Positions 33,140-40,957 of a stretch of DNA of 53,129 bases are shown here, one piece after another. Every line of letters begins with the position of its first letter. Within the stretch, counting starts at the first letter, position 1. A model generated the notes under the pieces. That model did not search any database, had not been told where the DNA came from, and saw only the letters and a program-made list of their open reading frames with translations. The translations under genes and the position numbers were made by a program. Origin of the DNA: an uncultured Planctomycetia bacterium (GTDB taxonomy: Bacteria > Omnitrophota > Gorgyraeia > Pluralincolimonadales > CAZUZR01); NCBI GenBank assembly GCA_964625025.1, contig CAZUZR010000001.1, positions 1,456 through 54,584 on the forward strand. Direction: 5' to 3'.

Positions 33140-34819
33140 CTAGAATAATCCTGAAATCCTTCCTTCATCATCTAAATCTATGCGCAAGGCCTTGGGAGCA
33201 TTCGGCATTCCAGGCATAAGGTTTAACTCGCCTGTTAAGGCAACTAAAAATCCTGCGCCTGCAGAAACCCTTACTTCGCGCACTTTAAGCCGCCAGCCAG
33301 TCGGCGCACCTTTTATCTTCGGATCATCTGTAAGCGATAAGTGCGTGCGGGCCATATTGACCGGCAATTTTTCAAACCCCAGTTCGGTTAAGGTCCTTAT
33401 GTCATCTTCTGAAGCGCCGACGTAAACTACCCCTTCAGCGCCGTAAATCTCCTTTGCTATTTTTTCTATCTTCTCTTTTATCGGAAGTTCTGATTCATAA
33501 AGCGATTTAAACTTTGAAGGATGTTCCTGTAACGTAGCAAGCATTGCCTCTGCCAATTTAATTCCTCCCTCGCCACCTTTTGCCACTACATCTGTAATCT
33601 CAGAGGAAATCTTATTTGCCTTGCAAAATTCCTTAATCTTATCCAACTCCTTCTCGGAATCATTTGGAAACTTATTTATTGCAACGACTGGCCAAAGTCC
33701 GAATCTCTTCACGTTTTCAAGATGGCGTTGTAAATTCTCAAAGCCAGCTTCAAGGGCACCTAAATTCTCTACCTCTAACTCCTCATCTTTTAAGCCACCG
33801 TGCGCTTTCAGCGCTTTAGCCGTAACGACGAGAACAACGCAATCCGGCTTAAATTTGCCCTCTCTTGCGACGACATCGCAAAATTTCTCTAAACCCAAAT
33901 CCGTCCCAAACCCCGTCTCAGTGACAACATAATCTGCTAATTTTAACGCCATCTGAGTCGCTAAAATGCTGTTCGTGCCATGGGCGATGTTTCCAAATGG
34001 CCCCATATGAACAAATGCCGGCTGGCCTTCCAGAGTTTGAACCAGATTAGGCTTAACCGCGTCTTTCAAAAGAGCGAGCATAGCACCCACGATTCTTAAA
34101 TCAGAAGCGGTGACGGGTTTCCCTTTATTCGTAAAACCGACGAGGATATTACTGAGCTTTTCCTTTAAATCCTTATATCCCGTCGCGAGCGCAAGGCAAG
34201 CCATTATCTCTGATGCTGCCGTGATATCAAAGCTGCTTCGCCTCTTTATAGCCCCCTCGCTTAAGCCCACTTGTATATCGCGCAAACTCCTGTCGCATAA
34301 ATCTATCGCCCTGCGCCAGATAATCCTTTTAGAATCTAATTTAAGTTCGTTTCCTTTTGCTAAATGGTTATCTATTATTGCGCTTAATAGATTATGTGCT
34401 GCGGTTACCGCGTGGATATCGCCTGTAAAATGAAGATTTATATCTTCCATCGGCAAGACCTGCGAATAACCACCGCCGCAACCGCCACCCTTCAATCCGA
34501 AAGCAGGGCCTAACGATGGCTCGCGTAAGCACAAAGATACGCGCTTCTTAAGTCGTCCTAAGGCCTGGGTTAATCCGATTGCTATACAGGTCTTGCCTTC
34601 TCCGGATTTCGTTGGCGTAATCGTAGATATTAAAATGAGTTTGCCGTTGCGTCTTGCTTTTAACCTTTCTAAGATGCCTAAAGAAACCTTGGCTTTATAA
34701 TTTCCATAGAGCTCAAGCTCATCGGCGCGGATGCCGGCTTTTGTCGCAACCTCTAATATTTGTTTAGGATGCGTAAGCCATGCAATCTCACTTGTAGAAT
34801 GCGGTTTCTTAATAAACAT
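33140..34819 (-). CDS. fhs: Formate--tetrahydrofolate ligase
   Basis: 559 aa with TPTKSGEGKT P-loop, HGGPFANIAHG-like block (HMGPFGNIAHG) and full-length family pattern. Confidence 0.95.
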   Translation of the reverse strand: MFIKKPHSTSEIAWLTHPKQILEVATKAGIRADELELYGNYKAKVSLGILERLKARRNGKLILISTITPTKSGEGKTCIAIGLTQALGRLKKRVSLCLREPSLGPAFGLKGGGCGGGYSQVLPMEDINLHFTGDIHAVTAAHNLLSAIIDNHLAKGNELKLDSKRIIWRRAIDLCDRSLRDIQVGLSEGAIKRRSSFDITAASEIMACLALATGYKDLKEKLSNILVGFTNKGKPVTASDLRIVGAMLALLKDAVKPNLVQTLEGQPAFVHMGPFGNIAHGTNSILATQMALKLADYVVTETGFGTDLGLEKFCDVVAREGKFKPDCVVLVVTAKALKAHGGLKDEELEVENLGALEAGFENLQRHLENVKRFGLWPVVAINKFPNDSEKELDKIKEFCKANKISSEITDVVAKGGEGGIKLAEAMLATLQEHPSKFKSLYESELPIKEKIEKIAKEIYGAEGVVYVGASEDDIRTLTELGFEKLPVNMARTHLSLTDDPKIKGAPTGWRLKVREVRVSAGAGFLVALTGELNLMPGMPNAPKALRIDLDDEGRISGLF

Positions 34820-34830
34820 AGCAAACTTTT

Positions 34831-34859
34831 ATTATATGAAATTAAACGAATTGCGTCAA
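34831..34859 (-). promoter_or_regulatory. Strong candidate sigma70 promoter for fhs (near-leaderless)
   Basis: Minus strand reads TTGACG-17 nt-TATAAT. Only 11 nt separate the -10 from the fhs ATG, and no SD is present. Confidence 0.5.
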
Positions 34860-35067
34860 GGAATATTCCCTCTGCACAGAACTTTAAGGAAAGATGCGGA
34901 TAGAAGTAGGAGCTAAATTTCTAAAGAGTTTATTGGGGGATGCGACTATTTAATAATTATCTTTCTCTATCTCCTTAATAATTTCTTCATTAATAATAAC
35001 GTGTATGATAATTTTCCCTACACCCTTCATTAGGTAACCCCAGCTTTTACTAATTTCAATAATAAAT

Positions 35068-35466
35068 CTAAATTATCCACGCAATCTTTACCTCATTTTC
35101 TATCGCTTTAAATTCTTTATCACCAGTTACAAGCTCTCCTTTATGGAGTTTTGCTAAGGCAGCTGCAAAACAATCAGCATAAGAAATCTTCTTTGTGGCT
35201 TTAATGCGGGCGGCTTCTTTGGCAAGTTGCAAATCCACATCAATTATATCTATAGGCAAAGTCACGATTATTTTCTCAATCTCATGCGCCTTCTCTTGTC
35301 CGCACTCACGCAAGACTATATAATAAACTTCTCCAAAATTTACTGAGGTCATTAACAAGCTCTTATCCTTTTCGACCGCATTAACAAAAAATGATTCAAC
35401 CTTCTCAAAGCCGGGCTCTTTTTCTAAGAATACCAAAAGCCCGTGAGCGTCTAAAACTCTTGTCAT
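35068..35466 (-). CDS. vapC: PIN-domain toxin, VapC family
   Basis: 132 aa with the PIN acidic residues (VLDAHGL.., ..SYADCFA..) and a 5-nt gap to the upstream antitoxin. Confidence 0.8.
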   Translation of the reverse strand: MTRVLDAHGLLVFLEKEPGFEKVESFFVNAVEKDKSLLMTSVNFGEVYYIVLRECGQEKAHEIEKIIVTLPIDIIDVDLQLAKEAARIKATKKISYADCFAAALAKLHKGELVTGDKEFKAIENEVKIAWII

Positions 35467-35471
35467 AGTTT

Positions 35472-35708
35472 TTAAGCCTCTCTTTCTTTGTCTTTTACAC
35501 GCTCTTCTAATAGCACCTTTGACAATCTTCCTTTAGTTTGTAAAACTCCGGCTATTCTTTCAAAATATTCAGGCGTGACGGGCTTAAGAATTAACTCGTT
35601 GCCCCTTTCTTCAATATAAAGCTTTGTCCCTCTTTTTATTTTTAGCCTCTGGCGGATCTTTGAAGGTATGACAATCTGTCCTTTCGTAGTTACTATAGTC
35701 GTAGTCAT
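35472..35708 (-). CDS. vapB: AbrB/SpoVT-type antitoxin, VapB family
   Basis: TTKGQIVIPSKIRQRLKIKRGTKL swapped-hairpin motif; 78 aa. Confidence 0.8.
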   Translation of the reverse strand: MTTTIVTTKGQIVIPSKIRQRLKIKRGTKLYIEERGNELILKPVTPEYFERIAGVLQTKGRLSKVLLEERVKDKEREA

Positions 35709-35732
35709 CTCTATCTCCTCCTTTCGCTAGAA

Positions 35733-35761
35733 AGTATACCATATATTAAAAAGTATGTCAA
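35733..35761 (-). promoter_or_regulatory. vapBC promoter with ATACTT repeats (probable operator)
   Basis: Minus strand reads TTGACA-17 nt-TATACT. Three ATACTT motifs overlap the -35, the spacer start and the -10. Confidence 0.55.
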
Positions 35762-35804
35762 GTATTTTTTTTCTTACTTTTTATATTAGTATTACTTAAA
35801 TTGC

Positions 35805-36890
35805 TTAGTTGGATTTATATAAATTTTTGAGTCTAAGCTGGCCGCAGGCGGCGTCGATGTCGGCGCCGCGCTCGGTCCTTATCGTGGAATTTATACCGCC
35901 CCTCTTTAGAATTGCCTGGAATTCCCTTACCGACTTTTCTTCGGGCGGTGCGAAATCAAGGCCTGGAACTAAACTGAGGTGAATTAAATTTACTTTGCAG
36001 GGCAAACCCGTAAGCAGCTTAAAAAGTGAATTGGCATCTTCAGAAGAAGCATTTACCCCTTTTATCAATACGTATTCAAAGGTTATAATTCTATTCTTTA
36101 CTTTAACATACTCACGACAGGCTTCCATAAGTTGCGAAAGCGGGTATTTTTTATTAATCGGCATAAGGCGCGAGCGAACCTCGTCGGTTGCAGCATGCAA
36201 AGATACCGAAAGCTCAATCTGCAATTTCTCATTCATAAGGCGCTTTATTCCAGGAACATATCCTGCTGTTGAAATCGTAATTTTCCGTGCGCCAACGCCA
36301 AAAGCAAAAGGCGAATTTAAGATGGATATTGCTTTTATAACATTATCGTAATTCGCCAACGGCTCTCCCATCCCCATCATAACGACATTTGTGAGCCTGT
36401 TGTCCTTCAAATCATTTGATATGCCAAGTGCTTGGTCTAAAATTTCACTACAGCGCAGGTTCCTTTTAATGCCATTAAGTCCGCTTGCGCAGAACTTACA
36501 TCCGAAAGCACATCCTACTTGAGTTGAAAGGCAAATGGTATTGCGGCTCTCCTTTGGGCTTGTCCCACGAAGCCGTGGCGTAGTAGGAATTAAAACTGCT
36601 TCGACTGCCTCGCCGTCTTCTAAGCCGAAGAGATATTTCTTCGTGCCATCTAATTTTGAGACTTGTCTTTTAATTATATTGTAAGATGAGATGTGAAATT
36701 TGCTACGGAGGGTCTCGCGCAATGAAATGGGAAGGTTAGATATCTCATAAAAATCTTTTGCGCCTTTTCGATAAACCCATTCGAAAATCTGCTTTGCCCT
36801 ATAGAGTTTTTCTCCTAATTTAGATAATTCTCCCTCAAATTCCTTAAGAGATAAATCCTTAATGTTGCGCACCTCATCGCTTAGTTCCAT
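35805..36890 (-). CDS. rlmN: 23S rRNA/tRNA adenine-C2 methyltransferase RlmN (radical SAM)
   Basis: VGCAFGCKFCASG, MGMGEPL and a C-terminal CGQL; 361 aa. Confidence 0.9.
   Translation of the reverse strand: MELSDEVRNIKDLSLKEFEGELSKLGEKLYRAKQIFEWVYRKGAKDFYEISNLPISLRETLRSKFHISSYNIIKRQVSKLDGTKKYLFGLEDGEAVEAVLIPTTPRLRGTSPKESRNTICLSTQVGCAFGCKFCASGLNGIKRNLRCSEILDQALGISNDLKDNRLTNVVMMGMGEPLANYDNVIKAISILNSPFAFGVGARKITISTAGYVPGIKRLMNEKLQIELSVSLHAATDEVRSRLMPINKKYPLSQLMEACREYVKVKNRIITFEYVLIKGVNASSEDANSLFKLLTGLPCKVNLIHLSLVPGLDFAPPEEKSVREFQAILKRGGINSTIRTERGADIDAACGQLRLKNLYKSN
36549..36587 (-). repeat. In-frame palindromic insertion in rlmN, related to 37076..37127
   Basis: Minus strand CCTACTACGCCACGGCTTCGTGGGACAAGCCCAAAGGAG encodes PTTPRLRGTSPKE. 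This adds about 10 residues between the conserved IP and TICLSTQVGC, compared with the E. coli and B. subtilis RlmN sequences recalled from memory. Confidence 0.6.
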
Positions 36891-37555
36891 TTTGGTAGAT
36901 AGCGCGTATCATTTATGTACTGAACAACGACATTGCCGTTTTGATAGGTGATTTTGTTTATGCCGCCATTATCGATTCTGACCGTCTTAAAAAACCAATC
37001 AAAACTCGTATTCAAGACCTTTGAAAAATATGCCGCGATAACTCCCCAGTGCGTAACTACACAAATCGAATTCCTCCTACGCCGACGCTTTGAAGGACTA
37101 GCCCTACCAAGCCTTGGCGTCGTAGGGCAAGTTGCTGAATCGCTATTTAATATATACTCAAATGCATTATTAACTCTTTTGATAAATCTTGGAATCCCCT
37201 CCCAACCGGGGATTTTCGCTTTCGACGGAGCATTCAGCCAATCTTCATAGACCTTCGGATATTCACTCTTAACCTGTTCGACTGTCTTTCCTTGCCAATC
37301 GCCCAAAATTATTTCCTCTAACTCGGGAAGGAATTTTATAGGCGCCTTTGTCTCTTTTGAAATAACCTTCGCGGTTTGGGAGCAGCGCTTTAGGCCACTG
37401 GCATAAATTATTTGAATATGTTCTTTTCTCAGCCTCTTGGCTAAAGCCTTCGCCTGGCGCTTGCCATTTTCGCTTAAGCCAGGGTCTTGCCTACCTTGAA
37501 TACGCTGCTTTCGATTCCATATCGATTCGGCGTGCCTAATTAAAAATAGTTTCAT
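36881..37555 (-). CDS. Histidine phosphatase family protein (GpmB/CobC-like)
   Basis: LIRHAESIWN (RHG-type motif) and VVTHWGV. The start is set at ATG 37555 (MKLFLIRHAE). The ORF-track N-terminus [18 protein letters not shown] is a read-through of repeat 37554..37605. Confidence 0.8.
   Translation of the reverse strand: MKLFLIRHAESIWNRKQRIQGRQDPGLSENGKRQAKALAKRLRKEHIQIIYASGLKRCSQTAKVISKETKAPIKFLPELEEIILGDWQGKTVEQVKSEYPKVYEDWLNAPSKAKIPGWEGIPRFIKRVNNAFEYILNSDSATCPTTPRLGRASPSKRRRRRNSICVVTHWGVIAAYFSKVLNTSFDWFFKTVRIDNGGINKITYQNGNVVVQYINDTRYLPKWN
37076..37127 (-). repeat. In-frame palindromic insertion in the histidine phosphatase gene
   Basis: On the plus strand, CCTACGCCGACGC...GGCGTCGTAGG are the terminal inverted repeats, with a nested palindrome CCCTAC..GTAGGG. 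It encodes CPTTPRLGRASPSKRRRRR just before the conserved VVTHWG. Confidence 0.6.
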
Positions 37556-37605
37556 CCCGCTCTTTCTTACTACACGGAGTCTCTTCTTTGTAGAAAGGGC
37601 GGGAT
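37554..37605 (-). repeat. Palindromic junction element, family 2, copy 2 (rnhB/phosphatase junction)
   Basis: Minus strand reads (ATGA)ATCCCGCCCTTTCT-ACAAAGAAGAGACTCCGTGTAGTA-AGAAAGAGCGGGAT(G). The TGA is the rnhB stop and the final ATG is the phosphatase start. Confidence 0.85.
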
Positions 37606-38190
37606 TCATTTTATTGGCGAAAATGTAAATCTATGTATTGGAGTAGGCCCATATCTCCTTATCGCCCTTAGATGCATTTTAGTGGCGTATCCTTTATGTT
37701 GTGCAAAACCGTATTTAGGATAAAGTATATCGTAATATAACATTATAAAATCTCTCATAACTTTGGCGACGATTGAAGCGCAGGCAATCGATATCGAACG
37801 GGAGTCTCCATCTACCAGCGCCAATTTTGGATGCGGGATTTCGGGGTAGGTTATACCATCGATTAATACGTAATCCGGCTTGATTCCTAAATCATATATT
37901 GCCAATTCCATCGCCAGGTGCGTTGCGCGAAAGATGTTTATCTCGTCGATAACCTTCTCGCTTACAACTCCGATTCCGACGTGTGCCTTTTCTAATATCT
38001 CTTCATATGCCCTTTCGCGAAAACTACGCGTTAACACTTTGGAATCGGCAATTTTATTTACGAACTTTAAATCTTTTAATATAACAGCAGACGCGACTAC
38101 TGGCCCTGCTAATGGGCCTCGGCCGGCCTCATCTAAGCCTGCGATAAATCTTTTGCCCTGCTTTTTAAGTTTCCGCTCATAATAGAGCAT
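37606..38190 (-). CDS. rnhB: Ribonuclease HII
   Basis: [15 protein letters not shown] and DSK motifs; 194 aa. Confidence 0.9.
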   Translation of the reverse strand: MLYYERKLKKQGKRFIAGLDEAGRGPLAGPVVASAVILKDLKFVNKIADSKVLTRSFRERAYEEILEKAHVGIGVVSEKVIDEINIFRATHLAMELAIYDLGIKPDYVLIDGITYPEIPHPKLALVDGDSRSISIACASIVAKVMRDFIMLYYDILYPKYGFAQHKGYATKMHLRAIRRYGPTPIHRFTFSPIK

Positions 38191-38518
38191 CAGCCCTCTT
38201 GGCCTGTTTTTTCCTTAGATAATATAATTTCGCCCTTCTTGCCTTTCCGGGCTTTACTACTTCGACCCTTTCAAGAAAAGGCGAATGAAGAGGAAAAATC
38301 CTTTCGACCCCCTCACCATAAGAAATTCGCCGCACCATAAAAGTCTCGGATAAACCCTTGCCCCTCTTTCTTATCACTACGCCCTCAAATGTCTGCAGGC
38401 GAGTTTTATCTTCTTCGACTATTTTTACATACACCTTTACAGTGTCGCCCACATTAAATTGTGGCATTTCTTTTTTCAGATGTTCTCTCTCAACGAGCGA
38501 AATCTTTTCCATTTTCAT
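38177..38518 (-). CDS. rplS: 50S ribosomal protein L19
   Basis: [26 protein letters not shown]; 113 aa. Confidence 0.95.
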   Translation of the reverse strand: MKMEKISLVEREHLKKEMPQFNVGDTVKVYVKIVEEDKTRLQTFEGVVIRKRGKGLSETFMVRRISYGEGVERIFPLHSPFLERVEVVKPGKARRAKLYYLRKKQAKRADALL

Positions 38519-38528
38519 CTCTCCTTTG

Positions 38529-38675
38529 TAGTGTTCTCGGTTTCTCCGAAATATACTTCTCGGTAGCTCAACCTTTTATATCGCTTACAACCTCTTTACG
38601 GTTTACGTTCAACCACCGAGCTCCACTGTAAGGGAAGAAACGTTGTTTCTCCCCTTACTATTCCTCTCTTCCTTA
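38529..38675 (-). repeat. Copy A of the ~145-nt repeated intergenic element, filling the trmD-rplS gap (candidate rplS leader or structured RNA)
   Basis: The 48-nt core 38628..38675 is identical to 171..218. The downstream part carries four mutually complementary CTCGG/CCGAG segments just ahead of the rplS RBS. Confidence 0.6.
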
Positions 38676-38696
38676 AAAGGAATCTCCAACTTTATC

Positions 38697-39386
38697 TTAC
38701 TGCTCCTTATCAGTATATTTTTTATACAAATCCGGTCGCCTTTGCTTCGTTGCCTTAAGTGCCTTCCGTCTCCTCCACTCTTCTATCTTCTTATGGTCGC
38801 CAGATAATAAAACAGTTGGCACCTTCATGCCCCCAAAAGACGCTGGCCTCGTATATTGAGGATATTCTAAAAGGCCAGATGTAAATGATTCGAATTCCAA
38901 TGAACTTCTATTCCCAATTACGCCAGGAATCAATCGCACTACGGACTCGACCAGAGCCGCCGCAGGTATCTCTCCGCCTGTCAAAATAAAATCGCCAAGG
39001 GAAATTTCGTCAGTAACCATCTTTTGTCTAAATCGTTCATCAATTCCCTCGTAGTGTCCGCAGACCAATATCAGATGTTTAAACCTCGATAGCCTCTTAG
39101 CTATTCTTTGTTCTAATCTTTTGCCCTGCGGCGTTAAAAGTATGACCCTCGACGATGGAGACTCTAAATCAGAAACTGCATCAAAGAGCGGCCCTGGCTT
39201 CAAAACCATCCCCGGGCCACCGCCGAAAGGCGCATCATCTACTTTTTTGTGTGCGTCCTCGCTCCAATCGCGTAGATTATGAATCCTTATTTTGACCAGG
39301 TCCCTCTTTTGGGCGCGCTTAATTATAGATTCTTCGAATACGCCCTCGAACATCTTAGGGAAAAGGGTAAGTATATCAATCAGCAT
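38697..39386 (-). CDS. trmD: tRNA (guanine37-N1)-methyltransferase
   Basis: GGGPGMVLKP, CGHYEGIDER and SLGDFILTGGE. Confidence 0.95.
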   Translation of the reverse strand: MLIDILTLFPKMFEGVFEESIIKRAQKRDLVKIRIHNLRDWSEDAHKKVDDAPFGGGPGMVLKPGPLFDAVSDLESPSSRVILLTPQGKRLEQRIAKRLSRFKHLILVCGHYEGIDERFRQKMVTDEISLGDFILTGGEIPAAALVESVVRLIPGVIGNRSSLEFESFTSGLLEYPQYTRPASFGGMKVPTVLLSGDHKKIEEWRRRKALKATKQRRPDLYKKYTDKEQ

Positions 39387-39389
39387 ATC

Positions 39390-39632
39390 TTAAATTATGC
39401 CCGATTTCCTGAAAATCGATGAAACGGTAGGCGATGGTTTCGCTCCAACCTTAAGCCAATGCGATGCCCTTTCTTTATTCAAATTTGTAAAAGGCGGATT
39501 TTTTGTAGGGTCATAGGAGCCTAATTCCTCAATCGCTCTTCCATCTCGCGCCTTATGCGAATCGATGACTATTATCCTCTGATGCGGCTTTTTCTTCGTT
39601 CCCAATCTCTTTAACCTAATTACAACTGCCAT
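39390..39632 (-). CDS. rpsP: 30S ribosomal protein S16
   Basis: MAVVIRLKRLGTKKKP.. and GSYDP; 80 aa. Confidence 0.95.
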   Translation of the reverse strand: MAVVIRLKRLGTKKKPHQRIIVIDSHKARDGRAIEELGSYDPTKNPPFTNLNKERASHWLKVGAKPSPTVSSIFRKSGII

Positions 39633-39635
39633 TTA

Positions 39636-40901
39636 TTATTCCTCCTTTTCTCTGCGGATATTAGCGCCCAATTGTGATAGTTTTTCTTCTATCCTCTCGT
39701 AACCTCTATCTAAATGATAAATCCTTGAAATATCCGTCCTTCCTTTTGCGACCAACCCTGCAAGTACCAAAGCGGCGGATGCGCGCAAATCCGATGCCAT
39801 AACAGGCGCGCCGCTCAATTGCTTTACGCCCTTAACTATCGCTGAATTTCCCTCGAGCATAACCTGTGCACCCATCCTGTTTAACTCGCTAACATGCATA
39901 AACCTATCGGGATATATCTTCTCGGTTATCACGCTAATCCCTTCGGCGATAGTCATCAACGCCATCATTTGAGCCTGCATATCTGTTGGAAAGCCAGGAT
40001 ATGGAAGCGTTGTAACATCAACGGGCTTTAGCGAGCGTGCGATTCGCACGCGTATATCTTTCCCGTGCTGCGTTATTATTACGCCTGCCTCTTGTAATTT
40101 ATCAACTATTGCACCCAAATGTTCGTATCTGGCGTTCCTTATTATTATGTCGCCTCTTGTCATCGCTGCGGCAATCATATATGTGCCCGCCTCAATCCTA
40201 TCCGGTATTATCTCGTGTTCTGCGCCGCCTAAACTACTTACGCCTTCTACCTCAATTAAATGTGTCCTAGCCCCCTTAATCTTTGCGCCCATCTTAATTA
40301 AAAACTCTGCCAAATCTACAACTTCTGGTTCGCACGCAGCATTTTCAATTAAGGTCTTGCCCTTCGCTAAAGTAGCTGCCATCATAACATTCGCAGTGGC
40401 TAAAACCGAGGAGCCGTATGCGCCTCCCAAATAAACACGTGTCCCTTTTAATTGTTTTGCACTTGCTATTACATATCCATGCTCTATCTTTAAATCTGCC
40501 CCTAAGGCTTTAATTCCTTTTAGATGTAAATCGACTGGACGAGGTCCAATAACGCATCCTCCGGGTAGAGAAATTTGTGCGCGTTTTAATTTCGCCAATA
40601 TAGGCCCGAGGACGCAGAAGGATGCGCGCATTGTGCTTACTAACTTATATGGCGCTATATGCCCTTTATAGCCCTGAGGCTCAACGATTATCCGACCATC
40701 CCTCATCTCTACCTTAACGCCTAATTGGCGTAATATCCTCATCATCGTATGGACATCGCGCAGCGCAGGCACATTCTTAATCACGCATTTCTCGTCGGTA
40801 AGCAAGGTGGCGACCATAATCGGAAGGGCGGCGTTCTTTGCACCGCCTATCTCGACCGCCCCTTTTAGTTTTATACCACCTTCGACCGCTAACTTATCCA
40901 T
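39636..40901 (-). CDS. murA: UDP-N-acetylglucosamine 1-carboxyvinyltransferase
   Basis: GAKNAALP, LPGGCVIGPRPVDLH (catalytic Cys) and PGFPTDMQAQ. Confidence 0.95.
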   Translation of the reverse strand: MDKLAVEGGIKLKGAVEIGGAKNAALPIMVATLLTDEKCVIKNVPALRDVHTMMRILRQLGVKVEMRDGRIIVEPQGYKGHIAPYKLVSTMRASFCVLGPILAKLKRAQISLPGGCVIGPRPVDLHLKGIKALGADLKIEHGYVIASAKQLKGTRVYLGGAYGSSVLATANVMMAATLAKGKTLIENAACEPEVVDLAEFLIKMGAKIKGARTHLIEVEGVSSLGGAEHEIIPDRIEAGTYMIAAAMTRGDIIIRNARYEHLGAIVDKLQEAGVIITQHGKDIRVRIARSLKPVDVTTLPYPGFPTDMQAQMMALMTIAEGISVITEKIYPDRFMHVSELNRMGAQVMLEGNSAIVKGVKQLSGAPVMASDLRASAALVLAGLVAKGRTDISRIYHLDRGYERIEEKLSQLGANIRREKEE

Positions 40902-40929
40902 ATTTATCGCGCACCCTTTTTATTAATAC

Positions 40930-40952
40930 CCCGCACCTTTAAAAGGTGCGGG
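40930..40952. other. GC-rich hairpin in the prmC-murA gap (possible terminator or RNA stabiliser)
   Basis: CCCGCACC-tttaaaa-GGTGCGGG, an 8-bp stem 6 nt after the prmC stop. No clean U-tract follows on the minus strand. Confidence 0.35.
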
Positions 40953-40957
40953 ATTTA

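Noticed and set aside
40930-40952. Calling the prmC-murA hairpin a confident rho-independent terminator
   Set aside because: The stem is good, but on the transcribed strand it is followed by GUAUUAAUAAAAA rather than a U-tract. It is kept as a low-confidence hairpin feature only.
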